This document shows positions 35,601 to 47,500 of a DNA stretch of 64,000 nucleotides, one piece after another. The notes below the pieces were generated by a model. That model made no database searches. It had not been told where the DNA came from and was given only the letters and a program-made list of their open reading frames with translations. The translations under genes were made by a program, and so were the position numbers. Position 1 is the stretch's first letter; each line of letters starts with the position of its first letter. Origin of the DNA: a virus (Duplodnaviria > Caudoviricetes); IMG/VR virus record IMGVR_UViG_3300012983_000037, positions 1-64,000 of that record; one strand, written 5' to 3'.

Positions 35601-37734
35601 TAGGCTAATTACATCAGAGGAAGGTTATAATGTACGTAATAACTTAGATTATGATGAAAATAGAAGGGTAGTGATAAAACAGTATGATCCTGTTAGAATC
35701 AACTATAAAACAACTCCTCATGCTGTTTTTGCATTGCAGTCTGATAGTGGAGTATTTAATATACTGCCTAGAACTAAAAATGAAACTGCAAATAGAATAC
35801 ATGAACTTTATCCTGATTTTAAATTTGACGAGAATGCTAGTATAGAATTTCCATGGGATGATATAAGTATAGATCCTAGATATAAATGTTTGGGCATACA
35901 CTACCTTGTTAATGGTGGGGATGAAAATGAAATTATATCACATCTTGATAAGGAGATTGCTAAACTTGAGGATAGTGGTATTGATTTTACAGAAGAGCTA
36001 AAAAGATATACTGTCTTTGCACTTGTAACATCTGCAAAAAATAAAGCACCTAATACTTTTAATTTTGCATTTAGACTGTCTAGTACACCATCTGGTATTG
36101 AGTATAGGAAAGTAAAAGATGTTGGAGGAATAGAAACAACAACTAATACTTATGGAATATCAATGATTGGATTTACTACTTCAGATGATGATGAGAATAA
36201 TGTAAAACTGAAAAATGTATTAAAACTTAGAAATAATTCTATAGTATGGGGAACTAAAACCATATATGAAGAAGGAATAATAGATGTTAATACTCCTGAA
36301 TATCCATATTTATATATGGCTGAATTATATAGAAATATCCCATATCATAGTTTATACGGTGGATATGAAGAAAATGATCTAGAGAAAATAAATTGGATTC
36401 CAATATCAGACTCTACTAAATTTACAGAAACTGCTAAACAGATGGAGGGTGATACTTACTATCAAAGATGGGATTGTATGAAAACATATCCATTTACTGA
36501 AGAGTCTACTAATAAAGTAGTGGATATAACATCATTTATGGTAGAAACTCATATTAATCTTGATGGCAGATGTGATGTTAATAGGGGAAATGATAATCTA
36601 TTAAATTCAAGACCTACTAACTTTGGACTACTTAATACTTCATATACACAAGATGATAATGTGTTTAGATATAATGTCCTCGATGAAAAGTTTAAACTTA
36701 ATAAATTTAGTAATCAGATAACATGGTCACTTACTAAGAGTCCTACTGAGGATATAGATTCTTGGACAGGAATTACTTTGAATTCATCTATATATCTTGA
36801 TGGTTCGTATGGTAGGGTAACAAAGCTTCTAAATGTGAATGATAATATAGTAGCATTCCAAGAAAAAGGAATATCCACTATTCAGTACAATGAAAGAGTT
36901 CAAATTTCAACAGAATCTGGTGCTCCTGTAGAGATACAGAATAATAATAAGGTTACTGGTTATGACTATATAACTAATAATTATGGATGTAGGAATAAAT
37001 TTAGTATAGTCTCAACAAAGACTGGTGTGTACTTTATAGATGAACTAAATAAGACTTTTAGTAAATTTAGTAAGGACGGTATAGTAGATGTGTCTAGTCA
37101 AGGTATGGCATCTTGGTTTAAGAATAATGATATACAGTATTTTAAATCATTCTATGATGGTATAACTCATGATATCTATTTAATAGATGTTGATGCTTGT
37201 CTAGTATTTAATGAAGATCTAAATAGATTCTCTTCATTCTTTGATTATGAAGGATCATCATTTATTTTTAATAACGATGGAAGTTCTTTCATTTATAATG
37301 ATAAGTTCTATGAGATGTTTAAAGGTGAATATGGTGTTGGACTTAATAACAGTCCAATGAGATATTGGGTAGAATATAGAGTAAATCCAGAACCTTATAT
37401 TGATAAGACATTTACTAATATAGAATTTATAGCTGACATTCTAGACCCAGAAGATGATATAAATAGTCCTCATACTGAATCTGATGAAGATGTTCCTTTT
37501 AATAAGTTAGATGTATGGAACTCTTATCAAAGAGGTTCTTCTACTCTTAGCAGAAAACTAATGGGACCTCTCGCTAAAAAGTTTAGAATATGGAGAGTTC
37601 AAATTCCTAGAGATGATAATTCTAAATTCAAACAAGATAGGATTAGAAGTCCTTGGATGCATTTGAGATTGTCTAATAGTCCTACTAATAAGAAGATGGT
37701 ATTCCATAATCTTATAGTGAAATACTTTAAGTAG
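32692..37734 (+). CDS. tail muzzle/stabilisation protein
   Basis: 1680 aa; GMDKD, SVTNERG, KVYWVD, TFKRGEIYRFAIQF, GDTYYQRWDC.KTYP, KKFRIWR..IPRD..DRIR.PW. Confidence 0.85.
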   Translation: MAFEVKEFTNLGMDKDSVISKAEHTFAFDNYNIRLSASNDSTVLSVTNERGPKPLDTLVTKKLKRNKITLSKNGDSIDVRIEYPVQSNVYVIHYVNGERNYGMLPKGTTWTHWPSGYESNDEYEINAAYVSLNSIDEFEYISDDYFIYYTNLVDAPTDTEGHVGILGNYAGHCIAGKYLVLFTHDRNDINYIYRLEVGSNGCSGVLLYQGKLNIKPHNEIETLYYYESEDIQKVYWVDSDNPPRVINIMAENNYNRLDTQFDFTPTVNKLPKVKIKKDYNGIGLFPSGTIQYFVSYYNKHGAETGIVFSSALQYLSYEDRGAKADEVVTCSFDISISNIDTSFDYIRVYSAKRTSKNGPIELNIVADAQISDDKVTVVDNNISQETIDPNILYFIGGTSFIAGTLTQKNDTLFMGDIKLVESALDPKIKEEINRTLISKIDDFYEANGINFVYKCFTGPKLESEYDHSQQINYSSRMFKTFKRGEIYRFAIQFLSKTGKWTTPIWIGDKKCTLYPQYTSSYNQINVPDVEFTLPDNIQEVVKDTFLSYRILMAETNYTNRSIVAQGVVCPTMFNYEERFNNKPYSIASWVMRPRGGNASWEHLSDTGINSSANSEIQCLDKSTPPIVDTNSTNSIGDAILICVGLSKYKKIQIAVYATSYVENYTSQDLLSLRDGAKNIKWVDENNNTWNQCYNTLFNVFVTLGLNMNSYMEEKNFLGRTPTHSNPSGGIDESFNDAFGVEGDVSRFHFYIPKTAIKDTAFDVYKKQSNYYVDGSIVTFNSPELEDVQDLVDYANLSFRIVGIVPITGSFSNASLSTSTVGISPYARVTVKSKSYPNFKGRPETLITGDFYSDFAWTKGHPNDLKDFIYASGDTVAYRVHMWNKEGSIIGQNQNTFILDGENKKPFDTVKAELKDKLFATQRYSYATEYLEDKFIWSSGASRVVLFNSDEVTLKNIDSIQGSLYYQGNYDRLITSEEGYNVRNNLDYDENRRVVIKQYDPVRINYKTTPHAVFALQSDSGVFNILPRTKNETANRIHELYPDFKFDENASIEFPWDDISIDPRYKCLGIHYLVNGGDENEIISHLDKEIAKLEDSGIDFTEELKRYTVFALVTSAKNKAPNTFNFAFRLSSTPSGIEYRKVKDVGGIETTTNTYGISMIGFTTSDDDENNVKLKNVLKLRNNSIVWGTKTIYEEGIIDVNTPEYPYLYMAELYRNIPYHSLYGGYEENDLEKINWIPISDSTKFTETAKQMEGDTYYQRWDCMKTYPFTEESTNKVVDITSFMVETHINLDGRCDVNRGNDNLLNSRPTNFGLLNTSYTQDDNVFRYNVLDEKFKLNKFSNQITWSLTKSPTEDIDSWTGITLNSSIYLDGSYGRVTKLLNVNDNIVAFQEKGISTIQYNERVQISTESGAPVEIQNNNKVTGYDYITNNYGCRNKFSIVSTKTGVYFIDELNKTFSKFSKDGIVDVSSQGMASWFKNNDIQYFKSFYDGITHDIYLIDVDACLVFNEDLNRFSSFFDYEGSSFIFNNDGSSFIYNDKFYEMFKGEYGVGLNNSPMRYWVEYRVNPEPYIDKTFTNIEFIADILDPEDDINSPHTESDEDVPFNKLDVWNSYQRGSSTLSRKLMGPLAKKFRIWRVQIPRDDNSKFKQDRIRSPWMHLRLSNSPTNKKMVFHNLIVKYFK

Positions 37735-37738
37735 ATTT

Positions 37739-37779
37739 TAGGGGAGTGAATAAATTTTTTATTCATTCCCTTAATTTTT
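37739..37779 (+). terminator. intrinsic terminator
   Basis: GGGGAGTGAATAAA-ttt-TTTATTCATTCCC followed by a T-rich tail. Confidence 0.75.
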
Positions 37780-37790
37780 AATTAAAATAC

Positions 37791-37821
37791 TTGCTAATTA
37801 TAAAATAAATGTTTAGATTTG
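37791..37821 (+). promoter_or_regulatory. Bacteroidota promoter
   Basis: TTG 37791-37793, 20 nt spacer, TAGATTTG 37814-37821. Confidence 0.8.
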
Positions 37822-37841
37822 CACAATAAATTAATACAGAA

Positions 37842-40313
37842 ATGGCTAATTGGAATAAAAAATCAAAAGAAGTAGCTCAAAGGGCATTCAAAGCTGAGAA
37901 CTTAGGTAGTACAATTTCAGAACTTGCTGGAGGTATTACAGGTATAGCAGATGCTGGAATTGAGAATGCTCAAATAGCAGATACTGGTGGAATACATAGC
38001 AGTATAAATGATACAGCAAATACAGAATTTGCATATGACAGCTATGACTCTTTACTTGCTGGGTATAATCCATATGCATTACAATCAGGTGACTTTTCTC
38101 AAAAAGATGTTAGAGGAGCTACTGGTGGTGAGATGGCTATGAATACTATCTCAGGAACTCTTAGTGGTGCTGCAGCAGGTGCTCAAGTTGGAGGTCCTTG
38201 GGGAGCTATAGCAGGTGCTGCTGTTGGATTAGGTAGTGGTTTAGCTGGTATATTTTCTGGTAATGCTAAAGCAAGAAGAGAGGCTAACTTACTTAATGCA
38301 AAGGCTGAAAATGCTAATAGGCAATACATGCAAAACTTTGCATTGAATGCATCAAATATAGGTCAAGGAATGTTTAATAGTGCTGCATTGAATCTAGCAG
38401 CAGAAGGTGGACAGCTTGATATATATGACCAATCAAAAGTTAATGCTAAGAATTTTAAAATGAAACATAAAAAATCAAGATACAAAGGCTTTGGTAATTA
38501 CTATGCTTATGGTGGACAAATGATGTCAGGAGACTGGTCTAATGGTGTAGTAACAATTAATAAAGGAGATACTCATGAAAGAAATCCTTTAGGTGGAGTT
38601 CTTATGGGAATAGACCCACAGGGTGTTCCTAATTTAGTAGAGGAAGGTGAAGTTATATTTAATGACTATGTGTACTCTAACAGACTTAAACCTACTACTA
38701 AGCAATTAGAAGGAATGCATTTAGACCCTAAATTAGAAGGACTAACATTTGCAGAAGCAGCTAAGAAGATTCAAGAGGAATCAGAATTAAGGCCTATGGA
38801 TAACATATCTAAGAATACACTAGTAGATGGACTCACTAAACTAACCGTGATGCAAGAGGAAATTAGAATGAAGAAGGAAAGAGCTAGGATGCTAAGAATG
38901 TTAAGACATATGGCTATACAAGAGCCACAAGAACCTCAAGAAATGCAGGAAGAGGTTCCTGGAGAAGGTGATCAAATGGCTATGGAAAATCAAGGTGCTC
39001 AAATGCCAGAAGCCCAATTCTCAGAAAGAACACCTAGAGCATATAAACAAATTCAAGAAGAAATGCCTGAACAATATGCCCATGGTGGAATGTTAGCTAA
39101 TTATTTTGATGATGGTAGTAAACTTCCTCTTATTAGTAACAGTATTACTGATTTTGAATACTGGGATGCTGCTAATAATGATTATAATAGTGAATATAAG
39201 AATTGGATAAACAATACTGACTTATCTACTACAGCTAAATGGGCAGAATTAAGTAAGTTATATAAGGATACTTTTGGTACTGATCTTGATGTTGCTACTG
39301 CAAGAAGACTTGCTTTGGATGGAAAATATGGTAGATTCCATACTATGGTTGGTGATATGTATAAAACTCATTTAGCAAGTTTACAGCCAGCAGATGAAAC
39401 TGAAGGACCAGTAGCTATAGATCCAGTAACAAGATATATCCTTAAAGGAGCTGATGCTAATGGACTACCTGTAGAGTCTGAAATAACAGATTATGACCCT
39501 AATAGTGGTAAATATAAATTCTTAAACACTTCAGTTAAAGATAATGTAACTACTCATTATTTTAGTGCTAAGCCAGAGACACCTGAATCAGAGGGTGATA
39601 CTCCTGTAGTACCTCTTGGAGATTACCCTAAAACTAATTTACTTCAATATGCACCAGCAATAGGAGGTACTCTAACTACATTAGCTAGTTTATTCCAAAA
39701 GCCTGATACTACAAATGCAGATTTATTAGCAAAGTCTAGAAAAAATGTAAGAAGGATAAAATCAAATCCTATAGGTGGATATGCCGAATTTAATCCTTAT
39801 GATGTTAATCTACAGCAGTTAAAGCTTGATAATTTAGCAGCTGGTAATATGAGAAATGCTATTAACTCATCATCAGGTAATAGGGCAGCAGCAATGGTAG
39901 ATTTACTAGCAATGAATAATCAGAGAGCATCTCAAAGTGGAGATATATATAGACAAGCATTAGAAGCTAATGATGAACAAAGATTAAAAGTATTAGCACA
40001 TAATGCAGAGATAGATAAATTTAACTCACAGGCAGATCTTACAGCTTCTCACTATAATCAGGCTGCTGATTTACAGCTTCTTGATAATGTTCATAAAGAA
40101 TTAGAAATGAGAGATACTGAAGCTATAAACCTTTCAAATACTAGAAACTCAAATATTAAAACAATGTTTGAAAATATAGGAGAAATAGGCAATACTTTAT
40201 ATTCAGGAGCCCAAGAGAAGTGGTTAATAGATAGAGGATATGTACCTAGTGTAGGATCTATACGTGCTAACGGTGGTAGAATTAGAAGGAGTAAAAGAAA
40301 AAGAAAATGTTAA
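37842..40313 (+). CDS. virion cargo/ejection protein with glycine-rich membrane segment
   Basis: GAAAGAQVGGPWGAIAGAAVGLG, THERNPLGGV...LVEEGEVI, repeated xxGG motifs; follows the muzzle gene. Confidence 0.75.
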   Translation: MANWNKKSKEVAQRAFKAENLGSTISELAGGITGIADAGIENAQIADTGGIHSSINDTANTEFAYDSYDSLLAGYNPYALQSGDFSQKDVRGATGGEMAMNTISGTLSGAAAGAQVGGPWGAIAGAAVGLGSGLAGIFSGNAKARREANLLNAKAENANRQYMQNFALNASNIGQGMFNSAALNLAAEGGQLDIYDQSKVNAKNFKMKHKKSRYKGFGNYYAYGGQMMSGDWSNGVVTINKGDTHERNPLGGVLMGIDPQGVPNLVEEGEVIFNDYVYSNRLKPTTKQLEGMHLDPKLEGLTFAEAAKKIQEESELRPMDNISKNTLVDGLTKLTVMQEEIRMKKERARMLRMLRHMAIQEPQEPQEMQEEVPGEGDQMAMENQGAQMPEAQFSERTPRAYKQIQEEMPEQYAHGGMLANYFDDGSKLPLISNSITDFEYWDAANNDYNSEYKNWINNTDLSTTAKWAELSKLYKDTFGTDLDVATARRLALDGKYGRFHTMVGDMYKTHLASLQPADETEGPVAIDPVTRYILKGADANGLPVESEITDYDPNSGKYKFLNTSVKDNVTTHYFSAKPETPESEGDTPVVPLGDYPKTNLLQYAPAIGGTLTTLASLFQKPDTTNADLLAKSRKNVRRIKSNPIGGYAEFNPYDVNLQQLKLDNLAAGNMRNAINSSSGNRAAAMVDLLAMNNQRASQSGDIYRQALEANDEQRLKVLAHNAEIDKFNSQADLTASHYNQAADLQLLDNVHKELEMRDTEAINLSNTRNSNIKTMFENIGEIGNTLYSGAQEKWLIDRGYVPSVGSIRANGGRIRRSKRKRKC

Positions 40314-40319
40314 TTAGTT

Positions 40320-41504
40320 ATGTCTAAATATTTAGAAGCAACACCAAAGTATACAGGAGTAACTCTAGAACAAAGGTTAAAACCATTGGTCCTTTATAAG
40401 GATGAATATGATAAGCAGCAAGATGCTTATGATAAACTTTTAGAGGATACCCTTGTACTTGAAAATATAAAAGACTCTGAAGTAGATGCTGATTTATATA
40501 GGAACTACTCAGATTGGAGAGAAAAGCTTAATACATCAGCAGACTCTCTAGCATCTACAGGAATGTTGGATATGCAGTCTCTAAGAGATTTAAGAAGGGA
40601 GTATATAAATACTTACAAACCAATGGAGGATAAATATAAGCATAGAGCTAATCTTATATTTAAACAAGCATCAGAAGCTGGACCTGATGTAATATATAAA
40701 AGAGATTTTTCAAGAGTACCTCTTGAAGAAATTGAACTATCAGATGCTATTGAAAGTCAAAATCTTTCAGAATTATACACATCGTATACTAAAAGATGGT
40801 CAGCAGACTTTTTTGCTTCAGGTATTCCAGAAGGTAATGATGCTGAAGAAATAACAGTGGATAATGCAATAGAAGAAATGGGATTATCAGGATACTCTGA
40901 TACAGATATTGAAAGAATAAGGGAAACACTGCATGATGCCTATAATGCTGGAATTACAGGAGCAACTAATCTTGAATTAGATAGAAGTATTAATGAAGAG
41001 AGATTAAAAGAAGCAAGAAATCCTAGTAGTACTGGTGATACAACCAACTTACTAACTTCAAGTACATATACAGATTCAGCAACAGGAGAATCTTATACAG
41101 TAATAAAGAAGAATGGTAAATACTATGCACCAGACGGTGTAACTGAAATCCCTGAAATGCATCTTCGTAGATACTACTCTAAATATTTTACAGATCCTGT
41201 AGTTAATGCTAAATACTCATTTGAAGGTACTAAAACAGTAAGATATAATCCTTTGGATGAAAGTACTACGTCAGTACCTTCTGCAGTGAGTGATGCAAAA
41301 ACAGTTGCCATTATTAATAAGTGGTATGGAGATAATAATAGCTGTGCATCTACTAGTCCAGCGTATGTAACAGCTGCTGATGCTGCTGCAAAGAAATTAG
41401 GATTTGATTTAAAAGGATTATTTGCACATGGGTATACTGTAACAGTTAAAGAGACAGGTACTGGAAATACTACTGCATACTTTATAGAAATTAATAAGAT
41501 TTAA
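40320..41504 (+). CDS. putative cargo protein
   Basis: 394 aa; synteny between cargo genes. Confidence 0.6.
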   Translation: MSKYLEATPKYTGVTLEQRLKPLVLYKDEYDKQQDAYDKLLEDTLVLENIKDSEVDADLYRNYSDWREKLNTSADSLASTGMLDMQSLRDLRREYINTYKPMEDKYKHRANLIFKQASEAGPDVIYKRDFSRVPLEEIELSDAIESQNLSELYTSYTKRWSADFFASGIPEGNDAEEITVDNAIEEMGLSGYSDTDIERIRETLHDAYNAGITGATNLELDRSINEERLKEARNPSSTGDTTNLLTSSTYTDSATGESYTVIKKNGKYYAPDGVTEIPEMHLRRYYSKYFTDPVVNAKYSFEGTKTVRYNPLDESTTSVPSAVSDAKTVAIINKWYGDNNSCASTSPAYVTAADAAAKKLGFDLKGLFAHGYTVTVKETGTGNTTAYFIEINKI

Positions 41505-41505
41505 T

Positions 41506-44500
41506 ATGGGAAATCCTCAAAGTAATATAAAAGAACTAGAGCAAAAACTAGGAAAATATAATAACAGTTTAAATAATATAAAAGACTTTAGTGCTGAAGA
41601 TTATTATAATTATGTGGATGATAATTATAATTATTTTGCAAGTACTGGAGAAGATCCTAGTGTTTACTATGCAAGAAAAGTATTTGGTGAAAAGACTACA
41701 GAAGCTGGTGGTACTTACGATCAGGAGTATGCTAAAAAATTAACATTAGATCAATTAATATCTGCTATAGACTCTGTATCAAATGCTGGAAGTATTAAAC
41801 CTGTGGATACTGAAAATGAAGAAGAAACTGTTAGTAATGTACTAGATGATGATAGTAATACTCCCGCTGTACCTCTAGTACCTGTAAAAGATCCAATAGC
41901 AGAACATGTAGATAGTCTAGAGTTCGATTTTACAAGACCCTTATTTGAAGAAGCTTTTCCAGAGTATTCCTTTTTAAGTGGTGTAGATGATAAGCCTATA
42001 ACTTCTATAGTAGAGAGAAGGTATAGTGGAGACCCTAGATCAATGAATTATATAAGGGATGAGGTTGAATTTGCAGACAGTCATCATTATGCTGGTGATA
42101 AATACTATGATAATCCAGGAGAAGCAAGATACACACTTGCTTCTCTTGAAGCTACTCAAACAGGTAAATCAATAAATAGCACTTTGTCAAGTAAGTATGG
42201 TACATCTGATTCTGATATATTAGGTATGGATGTCCCAGATGAGATGCTTCAATATGTTATAAAATACTCAGATTTAGATTGGGAAAACCTAACACCTTCA
42301 GAGGAGTTGGTAGAAATGATGAATAGTGAAGGTAGGGTTCAAGGGGGTAAACCTTTAACTCTTGCAGAACTTAAGAAGATTAAAAAAGAGTATGATAAAT
42401 CTAAATTATACAAAGAAGAGTTAGCAACACGAGAAAAGCATAAAAAGCAAAGAGAAGCTTTTGGTAAACTACCTGGACCTGAGCAGGATAGAATAATGAG
42501 AGAATATACAACTCTTAGAGATGAGTATAATAAAGAAGCTTTATCTCAAGAAGAGTTAAGTTATCTTTTCGAAAGAATTAATGTAGAAAAAGCAACTGGT
42601 ACTGCTGAAGGAAAGACCGCTGATGACTATTATTCTGAGATACTGCAAAAAATAATGGGAGGATCCTACACTACTAAAGTACCTATGCGTGATGGTTCTG
42701 TAAAAGATGTAACTATTAGAATTAATCCTGATATATATGTAAAGCTTTATGATGAATTAGGATCAGCTGTTAGCCAGTATTATAAAGATAATTATTCAAA
42801 TACTGATTATAATAGTGCAGAATACATGGCAAAACTACAAGAGGTGGCATACTTCTTAGCAAACTCTGCACTTAATGGTGAAGAAGCTGCAGTAGGTAAA
42901 CTTGCTGAAGTTTTAAATCCTAAAGTTGTAACAGTACACGAAAGTTTACCTTGGTGGCAACATGCTCTTACTTTTGGAGCCTATACAGACTCTGGTTGGG
43001 GACATGCTCTTTTAGGATTTAAGAAAAACATAATCTCAACTGGAGCTTATCTTTTAGGAGTACTAGAAGGTACTGGAGTAGCTGCATATGACTTGTTTGG
43101 TGGAGATACCCCTGAATATATGAAGGATTTAGGATTCTTTGAAAGATGGGGTGCTTACATAGGAACTAGTAATATGTCAGAATGGGGATATGGTATTCAG
43201 AATACAGGTTTATTACCATTCCACGATCAGTATGATTTAGCATTAGAACATGGTGTAGATGTTACAAGATATGATGGTCATTGGGCTGGATTCTGGAATT
43301 TTATGGGAGATACAGGATTTAGTACAGCGGCTGCTATACTTTCTGGTGGAGCAACAGCACTAGCTAGATGGAGCACAAAACAATTTAGCAAATTAACTGC
43401 TAAGGCAGTAGCTAAAGAAGTAATGAAACAAACTACAGCTAATACTATAAATAAGACAGCTGGAATACTTACTACAATAGGAGCTGCTACTCTTGTTGCA
43501 GCACCTGAGGCAATAGGTAATGGTTTGGATGTATATCATAGTGTAGTAAATAAAGGTTTAGATTTACTTAATAAAGATATTCAAAAAAAGGTAAATAATG
43601 ACTTTACATTAAAAGAAGGTTATGGAATATCTTTGAATCCTGAAGATCTTAAAAATGCATTTAATGATAAGGAAATATACAATTACTTAAAAAATAACTC
43701 ATCTATATTAGATGAGATGGAAGAGTTTTACACTTTCATGCAATCAGATGAGTTTAAAGAAGGTTATGCTAAAGGTGAATATACTCAAGAGTGGATTAAT
43801 GCTAACTATAGTATCCTAGTAGAAAAACTAGATAAAGAACTAAATAAAGCAAAAGAAGTTTGGGGCGATACTAAGTATTCTGATTTTATCAAACAGAGTG
43901 AGCAGACTATAGAAACTAATGCTTGGCAATCATTTGCAGGAGCTGCGGCTGTTGACCTTGTAATTGTATCTGTAACTGATTTATTTTTTAGTAAGGTGCT
44001 AGCACCTAGCCTAGGCAGTCTTGCAGACAGAGTAGGAATTCCAGGAAGACTTAATGGTAGAGGAAGGCTACTTAACACAGTTATAACTGATGGAAATCCT
44101 ATGGTAGAGGCTACTAAATATAATATGACTGGAAGATTTTTAACAGATGTTATCAGTGAAGGATTTGAAGAGTTAAATACTTATGCTACTGATGAAACTG
44201 CGAAAGCTCTTGGAATATTAGATATTAGTAATTACTTCTATAATAGTAATAGAGCAGAATCAGATGCTACACTAGGCTATGGTATTTGGGAAAATATGTC
44301 AGCTGTAGCAGGAGCTTTTGGAGATGCTTGGTTTAGTAAGGAAGGTTGGAAGTGTTTTGGTCAAGGTGCTTTAGGAGCATTCGTTGGATCGTTAGGAGGA
44401 TTTGCTGGATCTGGAACTAAGATGAAAGCAGATTTACAAATAGCTACAAATGGTTGGGAAAAATTCTCAGCAGTTGCAGGTAATATTTGGAGAAGTCCTA

Positions 44501-47500
44501 TATTCTACCATACCATAGATAGAAGAAGACATATAGTAGAATCAAATAAAGCTGTTCAAGTTGTAACTGAACATCTAGAAAATAACCCTGAATTTGTAGA
44601 AGCTCTTAGTAGTACAGAGGCTGCACTTTCGTATATGAATAGATACTTTAATGCTCTTGTAAATGCAGATGCTCTTGAGATGGAAGAGAATGAGTTTAGT
44701 ATGTATGTAGCACAAGCTAATGTACTTGCAAAACTTAAAGGCACTACTGTAGGAGATGCATTCTTTAAAAGGATTAAAGAATTACAAGATGCTACCATAG
44801 ATTCTGAACTTGGACAGCAGATTGCTGATAGGTATATTGAGCTGCTTGATGTTAGTGATAAATCGGAATATTTAGAAGATAAATCAAAGGCTCTTGAAGA
44901 AGCTAAGAAGAATATAAATAAGTTCGCAGAGGTTCAGAAAGGTGTAGTTGATATGCTATCTAAAATGGATATAGATTATGGATATGCAGTAGATGATAGA
45001 ACAAAAGAAGCTATTGCTTATACATATATGGCTCAAGAGAACAGGGAGAAGATGTTAGCTGAAAGAGAGGATATTATTAAAGAAGCTCTCACTAAGAAGT
45101 CTATTGCAAAAGATAAAACACCTATATCTGGATTATCAGAAGAGCAGAAGAATGCCGTTGCAAAATTTGGTACTTATGAGAATGCTGTAGCTGAATTGGA
45201 GAAATTAAAAGCTCAGAAGGCTAACAAATACCTTATACAGGAAGCTAAAGAGGCTGTTAAACTACTGAAGGAATTTAAAGATACTGAGACACCAGTACTT
45301 AATATAACTGAAATTCTTCAAATGTCACCATCTGAAAGAGCAGAATTCTTCAGGGGAAGAACTAAATTTTCAGAAAAACAAAAAGCTGTTATTAATAAAT
45401 TTAAAGCTAGTGGTTTAGGTAGACATGTTCAAAGTGCAATAGAAGATGCTGGAAAAATTCAGGAAAAACTAGATGCAAACCAATCTATTATAGATGGATT
45501 AGAAAGCAGTTCTGTTAACATATTTAGACTACAAAATACTGTATTAGCAAATAATTTAATAACAAGTGCTAGAAGAAAAGCAGGACATTTAAATACTGCT
45601 AATACATATGAGGAATTTAGTAAAGGTCTTGATGGATTAATTGAAACTGGAGTACTGACACCTGAGGAAAGTGCTATAATAGGAACCCATGTTATTACGG
45701 AAGATAAAGCTAAAGAGTTTTACAAAAAATATTCTAAAGAAATATCTGTAGCCCGTAGTAATAGAGTAATGCTTCAAAAGCTAACTATTAAAGTATCAAA
45801 TAAGAAAACCAAAGGTATTGTTATGGAGGTCCTAGAAAGGCTTAGTGGTCAGATGAGGAGTGAGGATGATAGATATAAATTCAGTGATGCTGAGAATTTA
45901 TTTACAGATGGTGGATTTATTGAGACTATTAAGACTAAGTATAAGGTTGATTGGAATACTGTAACAGAAAGAGAACAACATAGAATACTTTCAGAAGTTA
46001 AGAAGGGTATAGATGCTGCAAATAAAGCATTAACTAATAGACAGGATTTTAATACAAGATTTAATACAGGACATAAAGACAGACCTGCAAGAAGAAAGAC
46101 TACTAAATATGATCTTTTTAATAGGGATGTATACGAAAGTGCTAAAGATATGTATGATATAATTTTTGGTAAGGTATCAAGAATTATTAAAGGTGAGAAT
46201 GTTAAGCTAACACCTATGGAAGTATATCAATTAGCATGTTTGTTTGACGGTAATATGCTGACAGCACCTATTGATGTAGATACTGTAGTAGTAAAAGGAT
46301 TACCTACATCTTTAAAATCTGTGGAAGATCTTGCTACTTTAGCTAGAGTACTTGAAGGTAGAGCTGATATATATGAAGATACTTACGATGTATTTGCACA
46401 GTTCTTAGATGGAGTAGTTAAGTGGATTGACATGTGCTCTGATACTGTTACACCATACCAAGTTATAGGTAGTGCAGCAGCGGAGTTAAATCCTTCAATG
46501 AAGGGACTGTTTGATAACAAGAGTAAGGAGGATGTTAAAAAATATGAAAGGGGTATAAATTTTAAAGATGGTACTAGAGGTACAACTATTACAGTTATTC
46601 CTCCTGGAAATTCAGCACTTACAGAGGCTCAATCTAAATGGTATGAAGAAAATGGAGTAGAAGATAATATTAAATACCTTCTAGACACTAGAAGTAGAAA
46701 AGATGTAAGACTCATATTAGTTAAGAACTCTGAATTGTATGAGGCTGAAGCTACTTACGATGATGATAATCTTCCTTTGGCTGTAGCTGTAATAGTACCT
46801 AAAGGCACTAAAAATTCTGTAGAAGTTGACGGTGTAAACATTATATATGTAGGTATTGCAGGTAATAGTAGACAGGGTGTTTCTGAAAAAGCTAACATTC
46901 TAAATGCTATTAGAGATAATTTACTTGCTAATAATGACGATTCTAAATCTTGGGTAATTAGATACAGTGATACAAATAATCCTGTAGAATTTGGTGGATG
47001 GAATTTTACATATCAAAAATACAAGGATGGTATAATTACAAATCTCAGAGAAAGAATACTAAGTAAATACTCTCATCTAGAAGAGTCAGAAAGAGAGGAG
47101 GCTGCTTATAGAGACTTCTGTTTAAATACTGTAAAGGTAAATTGTAAGTATGATGTAGAAGATGGTGTACAGGTATTTAAAATATCTTATACATGGAATG
47201 GTCAAGATTATACTGAAAAATTTAATGTTACAGAAGAAAAGGTAAAGGAACTTAATGAAAGTGGTAGAACTGAGGATAAGTTCTCAATGATTGCTTATAT
47301 TGAACCTAACAGTGCTAGTAATCAGCCTATATGTAACCTGTTAACATATGACTTCTATGATACATCTTATTTAGGTAATAATATAGCAGAAGTATATGAT
47401 TTAATACAGAAGGGTGAAATTAACATATTTAGTAAAGAATTTGAAGATTCACCTTTAGCATTAGTACATAATGCTTTAGTTGCATGTGAAAGAGAGATAT

